A stretch of DNA of 63,985 nucleotides, filler included, from Trypethelium eluteriae (GCA_051942245.1; 3 parts of 3 records of this genome joined end to end with filler, not necessarily neighbours in it), one strand, 5' to 3'. Counted from the first letter of the whole stretch, positions 12,402-23,255 are shown. Notes: generated by a model from the sequence alone, not told the origin. Numbers and translations are program-made.

Positions 12402-14098
12402 ATAAAGCTTTTAAAAGTTTACTTTTTAATTATTAGGGGAGTGCTGGTTATTCTTATTACCTAATAATTATATTAATACTTGGATTAAACCCTTTTATAA
12501 CTAGTTATTTACTTTATCCTTAAGCGGCTTATATACCTATTTATAGTTCAACATACTTAGTATATACGTCCACTTTCGCGCTTTAAGTTTGCAGTTTAAA
12601 CACTTTACTGGCTTGGGACGGTGGTTTTTAATATTATTTAGGTGCAGAGCATAAATTAGGCAGGTCTTTACACTGCCGCGCTCTCTATTATTAACCTTAT
12701 CCCTTTATACCTTAGGAATTATCTACATATTATAACAGTATAACTAGGAATACCTTTAAAAGTTATGCGCCAACTTCACAACTCCGCAGCGCTTATAATA
12801 TGTGTCCAGTCAGCAATCCATATAATTATACAACTTACTTATTACCTATTTTTAATAACTAACATTACCTCTTATTATGGACTTTTTATATAATTCTGTC
12901 TCGCGGAGAATAATACTTGCTAACACATATTATAGGCTTTAATATCTATTGCTGCGCTAATAATACTCCCCCTAATTTATAGATGGCTGTATAAAATATT
13001 CCTTAAATTACATTTTAGAATTGCTATCTTTACTCTTTTTGCTATTTGGTATTACCTCTAATACGCAATTGCCCCACTAGCCGCGTATATTATAATATGT
13101 GCAATAATATTATTAATAATTATAACCTACTCTACTTATAGGCTTATCTATTAGAATATTATATTTAGGCGGCCCTTTCCCAAAGCCAGAGTTAAATATT
13201 ATAAGAATGCTACGCAAATTAAGGTTTTACTTCTAAGGCTGTGGAAAATCCAGGCAGGGGAGTATGTATAAATATGGCTACCTAAAATTAGAATTTAGTT
13301 ATGGTTAAAGTTGCATCCATCTATGGTAACATGGTGGGATAAGGATAGTCAGGGCTACGTCTAAGTAATCAGCGTGCTTCTCATAGCACAACACGGTTTA
13401 ACTGCAAAGGTCCAGCTCTAAACACAGCCTAACATCTGGTATAATGCTCTTATTAATAGGTTATATGGATGCCCTAAGTTATTAGCACATTACAGTACTA
13501 TCATCCTAATAGCCTTAGGAATTGGTATAACAGCGACAGTTCCTCTCGCAAAATAGTTGGTAACGCAAAGACGGGTGGGAACTGCTTGCACCAAGCAAAT
13601 TAAGCTATTCTAGCAGTTAGAGCATAATAAGTTGCTGAATTGCGTATCATTAGGCTTATACTAATCAATCAGCAAGGGCAGTGTGAATAAATATTTGATT
13701 GGATAACTAATCTCCTTAAACTTAATAAGCACAATTATGTATAAGTTTAACTTTATGGTTTTAATAACACTAATTATTTAAATAAGATACTAAATATTAC
13801 CTTATATAATACTTTTTAATAAACACTTAGCTAGTAATTAAATACAGATAGGTTTTATAATTATATAGTAACCTATTTCTGCGAGATAAATATTAAGGAA
13901 TTTCTTAAAGAAGTAATATTTAGACTTAAGGGACGGATTATTATTATAGGTAAGCTTTTAATTCTTTTACTTTACTGCTTTGTCTTATTCTTTGGGACAG
14001 TTTTTTGCAATGCAGAGCTGCGGGACTGGGCTTAGCATAAAGTTAAAAAAGCAATTATAAATAAGATTAAGTTTTATAAGTTAGAATTCCAGCCTTAA
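12402..14098 (+). pseudogene. Ferric reductase / NADPH-oxidase-like transmembrane protein (FRE), RIP-degraded
   Basis: LKRLIYL...LYWLGT...NLIPL. Heme helices RQLHNSAALIICVQSAIH and YKIFLKLH...IWYY. FAD region AGEYV*IWLP...LHP.MVTWW and LINRLYG (= DGxYG). NADPH motif ILIALGIGIT (= IASGIGIT). C-terminal LEFQP* ends at 14098. Confidence 0.9.
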
Positions 14099-15443
14099 TA
14101 ATTAAAGCAATAAATTATTATTTTTAGAATAATCCATCCTAATTTAAGTCTTTTATATTAAGACAACCTAATATTATTAATAAAGGAGAGACCTATTTCT
14201 TACCAGCAGTGTTTAGCTGGACCCTATATAAATAGCTACTTCCCATACCCACTTTATAAATATTCTTTATGTTTGATCTTTTATAACACCAACTATTATC
14301 TTTAAACAATCCTCACCAATTAAGTATGTGTCTAATACTTATCTTTAGTAGACCATATAGGTTACGCGGTTAAATAAGTACTGCGCGAGAGCAGATTGCC
14401 TGGATGCGTACTACTTTAGGCTATATACTACTTAATTATCCTTGGGAGGAGCCTCCCCCTCCTCCGCTCTACAGTCCTGGGTATCTTTATGCTTCTTTAA
14501 AAAAGGGAGTTTATCTAAGCTGATTATACTGCTGTAGGACTCCACTAATTATTGTATAAAAACTTGAGTCTATCAGTGGAATAGATGGGAATTAGTCTTG
14601 GTCCTTACTATAATAAGCTGGTAATAATCAACCTAAGGATCCAGTAATAAATATCACTAGCAACTCTGCTAAAGCAGGCGATGCTGAGAGTACCAGCAAT
14701 GGAGAAAGCAGGATTGAAGGTAAAGAAGCTCTAGAAAGTAGGGTTAGTAGATGAATGTTGTAAAGGATAGTTAATACACATGGAGTAGTTATATTAACTT
14801 AGAGAGGACTTCTAAGGAGAAAATAAACTGCTTTTATCACTTCTTGGACCTTCGCCTTCTTTTGGATAGCTTCCTTAGACATTAACTAATAACAATGTTC
14901 GCATTCTGTTCCTTCTCTTCCAATAATTATTAATTACATTAAAATATTTAACATATCATATGTTAGTATACGCCTTGTCCCTATCAGTCCTTGTCCAGAT
15001 TATGCTAGCGCTAAGTAATTCATTTAGGGCTGCCAGCGCTTACGCTTTAAATATATTATTACTAGGATACCAAAACCAGCCTGGTTTGGGGTTGTTTTTT
15101 TATAGTCTATGTATAGATATAAGAAGGACTTCACCAGTGTAAGAGTTAGAGCTCTTTAGCTTAAAACAAACTCTACAGCAAAATCTCTCCTATTAGTCAC
15201 CTTCTTATTATAACTATTGATTCCCTAAATCAAATCTCTGATTATGTCTAATAGTAAAATTAGTCTAGTATTACCTTTACCTTTACCTCCACTGATAATC
15301 AGCGGTGATGACAGTCCATTTTCACCCCCGATCAAAGAGGATCCAGTTTACTCACATAAGGTCATAAAAAGCATCCGAAATGATAAGATTTACTGCATGT
15401 TTAATTTCTAAATCCTACATATTTAGACCTAGGCTGACCTTTA

Positions 15444-16208
15444 ATAGGGTATGACTAGAAAAGTGAAAGAGAAATTAAAGCGGGTAAAATAACCAAGGAG
15501 GAATGGCAAAAATTTAAAGAGCTCTGGGATAGTATAAAGACTTATTCTGATGTTATTAACCTAAATATGAAGTTTTTATGCGGAGATATTAACAGCACTT
15601 TTTACCACCCAGAACTGCTTAATCTAGAAACTGAACCTTTTGTACTAAATCTCTTAAAACTACACAAATATAGTGTTTTAACTATTACCAGCTAACCAGC
15701 GGATTACTAATTTCTACAACATACGCGTAGTTTGGCCTTATACTTTGTTTAATTTAAGCAGTAAGCAGTTATAGAGTTTCTGATTCCTGGTAATTTAGAA
15801 ATTGTCCCGCAGCATTCCTGCAAAAAGTTCCTTAAGCTAATAAAGGGAGAAAGTTAATAGGATGTCTTTATTAAATCTGTATATCTGGAGGCAAAGGTTC
15901 TACACTGCTCTTTAAATAATAAAGAGTTTACTACAATATAAAGATGGAAAGCAGCAATAAAGGAGGAGATTGCAGAATAAGACTGGAAAAATTGCGGACA
16001 TTTTAAGATTCCTATAGACGGCCTTAAGATACTAAGTAATTAATACTGGATTAAGGAGTCCGTAAAATTGCTAAAGGACATGAATCTTTTTAATATTATT
16101 CTTATTTCTAAGGATTGGGATCCACAGACGGAAATAGAGCCACGACTAATGAAGCTGGTGGAGAAAGCAGGGATGACAACAAAGTTCGGTCTACAGCTTT
16201 CAGAGTGA
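15444..16208 (+). pseudogene. DUF6919-like protein (motif resembles the MTHFR regulatory-domain ET..L..LN..G.LT.NSQP), RIP-degraded
   Basis: LWDSIKTYSDVINLNMKFLCGDINSTFYHPELLNLETEPFVLNLLKLHKYSVLTITS*P...FKQ*AVIEFLIP. Family assignment is from memory of the motif only. Confidence 0.5.
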
Positions 16209-17053
16209 CTCAGTTCATTAGAAACATCCAGGCGGTACTTTGACTTCATCCAGCTTGTACTCGGTTCAAGCTTTGGAACATATTCCGATTTCATTTTGAC
16301 ACTTTGCTGTAGCTACTCCAATCTTTGAATACCACGTCAGAACTGAAGATTACAATCGCGTTGTTGCCCTCTCCGCCGTCCAAGAAATGCCTTCTTTCCT
16401 TAGAGTAATAGAAATCCTTCAGCACAGCGCTCATATTAAGCTTTAACTATTAATCATGATAAGTATTCTTCAGCACAGCACCCATATCAGGCCCTGTTTA
16501 CTCTAGGAAATCGTCAATAAGATTCACTTGTTTATCGAAAGTCTGTTATGATTATAGGAAATAATAAACAGCTTTATGATATGTGCTGCACATAGGTTCA
16601 TACGAGATTGCGCTTAGGATCGGTACCTCTTTCTTTCTTTTCTTTCTTTGATTCCTACTCCCTTTCAGGTCACACTGGCCTATGAGGGGATCGGTACCTC
16701 TGATCAAAGCGATTACTGATCCTGGTTAGCTTAAGACGATCCCTCAAATCCTCTGTAATTTTCGTGCTATAAATTACTTACACACGTCTGTGGCTTTGCA
16801 GATAAGATGTCCCGTTTAGCGTGTGACTGAAGATCACGTAAATAATACCTTATACTTTCCCTCTTCTCAAGCCTGATAAGATTTTTAATATCTTAAAAGC
16901 CTTATATGGTGAAATATTATCAGAGATTTTCTTATGTTATATTATACCATCAAACTTTAATAATTATTCAATATTTAGATAACTCCTATTAATAAGCTCT
17001 GAAGTAAGATAAGCAGCTTCTAAATTAAGAATATTCTAGATAGTCTGTAGGAA

Positions 17054-20000
17054 TTATATTAGGGATGCCGGCGAGTGGGGTGGTGGGTCGGGACGTATTC
17101 TAGAGGATGACGATGCCACGGTTTGTAGCAGCTGTACCACGGCCTCATGCCGTCCCCAGGCAGCCCACGACAGCGGTGTCCGACCGTCCTTGTCCTTTGT
17201 ATCAACGTTGACCCTCTCTGTGGCGAGCAGCTGCCGGACCACGGCCTTGTGCCCTCTCCGGGCGGCCCACCATAGTGGTGTCCGACCGTCCTTGTCCTTT
17301 GTATCAACGTTAACCTTCTCTGTGGCAAGCAGCTGCCGGATTATAGCCTTATACCCTCCCTAAGCAGCCCACTACAGCAGTGTCCAACTGTCCTTATCTT
17401 TTATATTAATATTAACCCTCTTTATGGCAAGCAGCTGCCGGATTACAGCCTTATGCCCTCCTTAGGCAGCCCATTATAGCAGTGTTAAACTATCCTCATC
17501 CTTTATATTAATATTAACCTTTTTTATGGCAAGCAGCTGCTGGACCACAGCCTTATGCCTTTCCCCAGCAGCCCACCACAGCGGTGTCTAATTATCCTTA
17601 TCCTTTGCATTAATATTAACCTTCTTTGTGGCAAGCAGCTGCTGGACCATAGCCTTATGCCCTCCCTAGGCAGCCCACAATAGCAGTATTTAACTATCCT
17701 TATCCTTTGTATTAATGTTAACCTTCTTTATAGCAAGCAGCTGCCGGACCACAGCCTTATGCCCTCCCTAAGCAGCCCATAATAACAGTGTTTAACTATA
17801 TTTATCCTTTGCATTAATATTAACCTTCTTTATAGCGAGCAGCTGCCGGACCACAGCCTTATGCCCTCCCTTAGCAGCCCACAACAGTGGTATCCAACTA
17901 TATTTATTCTTTACATTAATATTAACCTTCTTTATGGCAAGCAGCTATCGGACCACAGCCTTGTGCCCTCCCTGGGCAGCCTATAATAGTGGTGTCTAAC
18001 CGGCTTTATCCTTTGTATTAACATTAACCTTCTCTGTGGCAAGCAGCTATCAGACCACGGCCTTATGCCCTCCCCGGGCAGCCCATAACAGTGGTGTCTA
18101 ACCGGCCTTATCCTTTGTATTAATATCGACCTTCTCTGTGGCAAGCAGCTGTTAGATTACAGCCTCATGCCCTCCCCGGGCAGCCCACAATAGCAGTGTC
18201 TGACCAGCCTCATCCTTCGCATTAATATTAACCTTCTCTGTAGCAAGCAGCTATTGGATTACGGCCTTATGCCCTCCCTAGGCAGCCCACCACAGCGGTG
18301 TCTAACCAGCCTTATCCTTCGCATTAATATTAACCTTCTTTATGGCAAGCAGCTATCAGACCACAGCCTTATGCCCTCCCTAGGCAGCCCACTACAGCGG
18401 TGTTTAACCAGCTTTATCCTTCACATTAATATTAACCTTCTCTATGGCAAGCAGCTGTTGGACCACAGCCTTATGCCCTCCCCGGGCAGCCTACCACAGC
18501 AGTATTTAACCAGCCTTATCCTTTGCATTAATATTAACCTTCTTTATAGCAAGCAGCTATCAGACTACAGCCTTATGCCCTCCCTGGGCAGCCCACTACA
18601 GCAGTGTTTAACCGGCTTTATCCTTCGCATTAATATTAACCTTCTTTATAGCAAGCAGCTGCCGGACCACAGCCTTATGCCCTTCCCCGGCGGCCCACCA
18701 TAGTAGTGTCCAACCATCCTTATCCTTTGTATTAATATTAACCTTCTCTGTGGTAAGCAGCTGTCAGACCACAGCCTTATGCCCTCCCTAGGCAGCCCAC
18801 CACAGCAGTGTCTAACCGGCTTTATCCTTCATATTAATATCAACCTTCTCTGTGGCAAGCAGCTGTCGGACCACAGCCTCATGCCCTCCCTTGGCGGCCC
18901 ACAACAGCGGTGTCTGACCGGCCTCATCCTTCGCATCAATGTCGACCTTCTCTGTGGCGAGCAGCTGCCGGACCACAGCCTCGTGGCCTTTCTTAGCAGC
19001 CCACGACAGCGGTGTCAATCCGTAGCTGTCTTTTGAGTCAATTTCAATGTTGCTTCTAGATTCCTGTTCCAGTATCATCTGGATTATGTAGGTTAGTCCA
19101 TATCTCGCGGCCAGATGCAGCCTATTCGATTGACCTGGAAAATTCAAACTATAGTACGTGTACCTAGAAGTTAACACTAAAACTGCTTGAATCACAGAGT
19201 CAACCAATGCGTTATTGCGAAGAAAGGTCAGAGCTACTTCGAAAGCTTGGCAGGGGTATTTTAAAGGTTGTAGATAGCTGCTCCATTGACGTGCTGAGTA
19301 GTCAAAGAGAGCGTTATTGGCTAGCCTCTGCTCAAAAGCTCCATTGCTAGCACAGCTACCATTTTGGAACAAGTTAAAAGATAAGTATGTGAGACAGGCT
19401 GTTGCTATCTCTTCTTAAGCGTCGGGATTCCATTGCAACTGTACACACTCAAAGTACTCCTGTGTCATGTAATGGGTAAGACAGATAATACTGCTTTTAT
19501 TATCCACAGTAATCAGGCCGGCACAGACAGAAATGACGTCCTCAATGTTGTAAATATTATCTGGGTTGAGAGCTTTACCGTCAGGCTCCACGGCTAGGGC
19601 ACAGCAAAGCTTACTTATTGTAAGCAGTCTTTGTGCATAACTGATCCAGGAAATTGCGCGCTTGGCGAGTATCTTATCTTCCTCTAGTTGTCCATCTATC
19701 CATTTAATTGCCTCATTGTACGCGTTATTAAGCGCCGCTAAACCTTGTGACATTTTATCCAACGTAGATAATACCCTTTTTTTGTTCCGTTTGTCAAGCA
19801 GAGAATCAACATGGAGACGAGCTAGAAGAAACCTAAAGGTTTATTAGACAAAATTCTCACGACTGTAATTAGTAACTGCGGAGCGCATACATGCCGTCGA
19901 CAGCTTCCACAATTGTAGTTTGTACAGCATCTCGGAGCTCCTCATCACAGCGGATGCAGCTTGGCAGGCGAGATATTTGACCTGCGACGTAGCATCTTAC

Positions 20001-21186
20001 ATCTTCTTCGCTTGCTCGGACCACAAGCTGAAGATCTGATTAAAACCACTCTTTCACATTAGGAATGAGTCAAGAGGTGGACAGCAGTCGTACGCTACCA
20101 CTGGCCTGAAGATCTCACAGCCTTCGGATTAGATCGTCTTGTACACCATTTGTGTTTGAGCATTCATCCAACGCGTCTATCACAATAAAAGTAGTTGAAT
20201 AGCTTGAACAAATTTTTTCAAGAGCGTACATCACTTCACCAAGTGATGCTTTGTTTCCATGCTTGGAGTGTCGATCATATAATTCAACCACAGGAGCTGC
20301 AAGGTCCGGTCGACTCTGCACAAGCTGCCTCAACAGAATAGCCAATAGGTTGTGGACGGTTTGATTGATCTGTGCTTTGTAGCTACAAAAAAGATGTGCG
20401 ATCCCAACGCGATCACTGTAGGCTACGCGATAGATGTGATCAATAGCAACTGCCGCCATCATCATCTTGCCTGCTCCTGGTATACCAGGACAGAACAACG
20501 TCTTGTCCGATCCCTGTAACCAACTCTTGAACTCTGGCGAGTCCAAAAACCATTGTGCGGTGCCATCTTGTCTTCTAAAAATAATATCTTGCTGTTGAGC
20601 CGAGAAATCGGTCGTCGCCAACCACTGCATTACCGCGCTGTGCTTTTCGTCAGCGGCATGTGTTTCAAGAATGGGCAGAGAGGCTCGTATGGAAGATGTG
20701 TTCTTTTGGATTTCTTGGGCCAATTTGCTATAAGCTATGAGTATGTAACGCTTCCCCAATGTAACACGAGACTCACAAATAATCGTTCTTGAGTGCAATG
20801 CTGATAATGGTCTTCAGCCGCTCCATTCTCATCAGGATATCTCTCACTTCTTCCTTGCTAAACTTCCACAGCAGCCGTCTCTTAACTCTTTGAAATCTAT
20901 CTTAAGCTTGAAATCTCGAACGCAGCTCTTCCAAAGCTTGTTTGTATTGGCTTAAAGGTCCACCTGGATCTTCGAGCTTCTGTATCTCATAGAACCAAGC
21001 CCCGCCGGACTGTCCTTCTTCCAGACAATATCGAAGACTGAGGAGGAGGCTTTGGCTGTGTGACGCTTCAATCAGACATCTTTCACACTCTTTGGGCGCG
21101 TTTTTAACATCACTTAGGTAAGTAATAATCTCGCAAGAGAGCTGTACAACGGTAATAATGCTTGCAGCAACGCTGAGGGGGTCCAT
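17054..21186 (-). pseudogene. Fungal NLR: N-terminal helical (HeLo-like/SesA-type) domain, NACHT (NPHP3_N-type), winged helix, ankyrin repeats; inactivated by premature stops
   Basis: ORF pieces MDPLSVAASIITVVQL; WFLDSPEFKSWLQG...CPGIPGAGKM (Walker A); FIVIDALDEC (Walker B); GM|FLLARLH with intron 19833-19890; WISYAQR...VCAGL; ANK units TPLxWAAxxGHEAVVRQLL. In-frame stops at 20902, 20115, 19415, 18812 and many inside the repeats. Confidence 0.92.
17128..19030 (-). repeat. Tandem array of 19 x 102-bp ankyrin-coding repeats (34 aa each)
   Basis: The + strand anchor c(a/g)gcc recurs at 17161+102k for k=0..18 (17161, 17263, ... 18997) with no indels. Confidence 0.97.
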
Positions 21187-22119
21187 CTTAATGTATGGTT
21201 GAAAAAGGAGTGAGTGAATTTGCCGACGGGCCAGAGTATCAAAGTACTAGCTGCAAGCGACTGCGTTCCGTTAATGTATCGTTGCATCGTCCAAGCAAGG
21301 CAGACATGCTGCAGGCGCCGCGTTCCCCGGCATGCGGCTGTCCAGTCACTGCAGCTGATTACTGCGCTATGTTGAACATCTTGCGTGTTGCGACAGGTGA
21401 AGAGGATACAACCATCGCCATACTAGATATGCGAATGATTGCGATCGTAAAACCATAGATGTGTAGATGCTTATTCACCAGCAAGCATCGAAATGGATTT
21501 TGGCAAATCGTCATCAGAGAGAAGGCTTCAGCATAGCCGCAATAATAATGGCCACAGGCGAGGCTGACATTCCAGTAAGGTGCGGGGCTAAAATCCGCTA
21601 GCCGAGCGTGGTAAGTATTTTAATTTTAAGTACCGATCCGTGCTACAGTCTCAAACAAATTTGCGCACATCAGCATACATAAGGCTTTCCATAATTTTAT
21701 AGCATGATAACATATTCTTAGAGCTTGAATAAATCATTTAAATAGTTTTTGAGGGTGATTAAAATTCGTTGTTGGTGCTATACAGTGGGCGCCTCAATCT
21801 AATGATAAAGATGCGGGTGTTTGCAACTCGCTGTAAGACCATCAAAGCAAACGTAATATTTCATATTGAGATGGTATTCAAGATCCAAAATGGCTGCGGT
21901 ACATCATACAGACATAATTGAGGGATGTGCAGATTTGTGCGTTCAAATTATGACATGTGAAGTCAAAGTACCGCCTGAATCTTTCGGCACGGCGGGGTTT
22001 TCGCCACACAGGGACGGACGTTATCTAGTCTATGTCTGGTTGCCAATGCTGGCTCTAAAGTGTAAAATACATTCCAGGATTATTATTGCTGCATTAGGGT
22101 TTGTTCTAGAGTGACACTG

Positions 22120-22987
22120 TTCTTACTACCGGTGCAGTATCTTAATAGTCTTTTAGATCCTATTTATTTTACATCCTTTTTATGTGCTTATTCCTGCATT
22201 TAATTTTCTGGTATCCTTTATAAATAAAATAGTATCTTGTATAATCTGCAAATTTGGTTGCTAAATTTTTATTGGTCTGTCTAATTCTTATAATAAATAT
22301 GCTCCACAAACTTTTGCAACTATAAGGTCTTTAAGCTGGTCTTAAGTCTAATATTGCTGTCTTTATTAGGTCTATCTTAGGTATTGTAATAAAAAGTATT
22401 TTACTGTCTCTTTCTAACCATAGTTATAGAGTTTATTATTAACTTAGCTAATCTTGTATAAATAGTTATTCAGCCTATAATAACCTCCCCTTAGCTGGGC
22501 AAGTATTATTGCATCTTTTTAATTAAGTCTGTTATAAAGTTTCCGTGTATATTTCCCTAGCAGCGCTTTATCCAGTTCTCTTAAATATCTGGCAACCTTT
22601 AAAGACTGGAACTAAGTATATTTCTCTTCTTCTAAAGATCTATTTTATTTCCAGTTATCTTTTAAAGTAATTTTCTTATTAACTAAAGTACAGCTGAGGC
22701 TTATAACTAAGTGGGCTAGGTTATGTGCAATTTTATTTCCTTATACTTTAGAATATGCTGGTACCCAGATGAATTTAATATTAAGTTGCTGCTGCCTTGC
22801 TATCCAAAGCAAGTCAAAGATTTGTCGCAATATTTTATTCTTATATTTGTTAGGATATTAAAGAGTACGTAGTGCCCTTTCTATTAATAACTATTAAATG
22901 CTTAATAAGGCCAAATTGCAGTCCATATACCGGGTCTTTAATTATGGCATATAAGGCTGCTAAAATTGCTTTAAGTTTAACTTACAT
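22120..22987 (-). mobile_element. Tad1-clade LINE fragment (RNase H + C-terminal zinc knuckle of ORF2), RIP-degraded
   Basis: KFIWVPAYSKV*GNKIAHNLA (= RNase H WVPAH...GNE.A). ELDKALLGKYTRKLY...ILAQLRGGYYRLNNYL...YNYG*KETVKYFLLQY is a CCHC knuckle with C/H>Y. PNLQIIQDTILFIKDTRKL matches the ORF2 end. Confidence 0.88.
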
Positions 22988-23155
22988 TGGGTCCGGATTA
23001 ACACCACAGTTAAGATGATGGTGTAATCCAACCACCTTCGCTAGCGGCTACACCGTTGGCTACCACCACATCTACAAAGGATCAATATATTGGACGAACC
23101 AATGGATCACTATATTGGACGAGCCAATGGATCCAAATATTGGCCGCACAATGAA
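22988..23155. repeat. Unidentified un-RIPed repeat terminus with three ~25-bp tandem units
   Basis: ggatcaatatattggacgaaccaat / ggatcactatattggacgagccaat / ggatccaaatattggccgcacaat at 23079-23152. It truncates the LINE and runs into the contig end. Confidence 0.7.
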
Positions 23156-23255
23156 NNNNNNNNNNNNNNNNNNNNNNNNNNNNNNNNNNNNNNNNNNNNT
23201 TAATTAATTAANNNNNNNNNNNNNNNNNNNNNNNNNNNNNNNNNNNNNNNNNNNN
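23156..23255. other. Artificial contig-joining spacer
   Basis: 44 N + TTAATTAATTAA (stops in all six frames) + 44 N = 100 nt. An identical copy lies at 46371. Confidence 0.98.

Larger units (their letters stand above)
139..21640. mobile_element. RIP-inactivated Starship-like giant transposon segment (auxiliary/cargo region; captain and termini not identified)
   Basis: Clustered PLP, DUF3723, FRE and NACHT-ANK NLR pseudogenes, which are the families established as recurrent Starship auxiliary genes. TpA-rich, CpA/TpG-poor composition. The right boundary is a guess between ~16.3 and ~22.1 kb. Confidence 0.7.

Noticed and set aside
14300..15300. Possible additional RIPed gene between FRE and the DUF6919-like gene
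   Set aside because: Some intron-like signals and a Pro/Ser-rich minus-strand frame, but no consistent model or motif.
139..16300. DUF3435 tyrosine-recombinase captain or Spok spore-killer gene
   Set aside because: No recognisable motifs in the frames I could translate. One of the unknown pseudogenes could still prove otherwise with an HMM search.
139..16300. AT-rich DNA as a mitochondrial insertion, centromere or ordinary retroelement graveyard
   Set aside because: It contains spliceosomal intron signals and nuclear gene motifs with a C>T/G>A signature. No RT/integrase or mitochondrial gene motifs were seen here.
17128..19030. Regular repeat array as a CRISPR-like locus
   Set aside because: Contiguous 102-bp coding units with no unique spacers, translating to ankyrin repeats in a eukaryotic gene.
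18254..19036. Plus-strand repetitive ORFs (18254..18703, 18779..19036) and off-frame minus-strand ORFs in the array
   Set aside because: Antisense or alternate-frame shadows of the ankyrin repeats.
21643..21810. TA-CAGT starts (tacagtctcaaac, tacagtgggcgcc) resembling Tc1/mariner TIRs
   Set aside because: No matching inverted partner or transposase remnant found in the window.
23156..23255. TTAATTAATTAA palindrome flanked by Ns (also 46371-46470) as a biological site or element boundary
   Set aside because: An identical 100-nt construct occurs twice with six-frame stops, so it is an assembly linker. The Starship-like piece cannot be assumed to be inserted next to the DAO gene.
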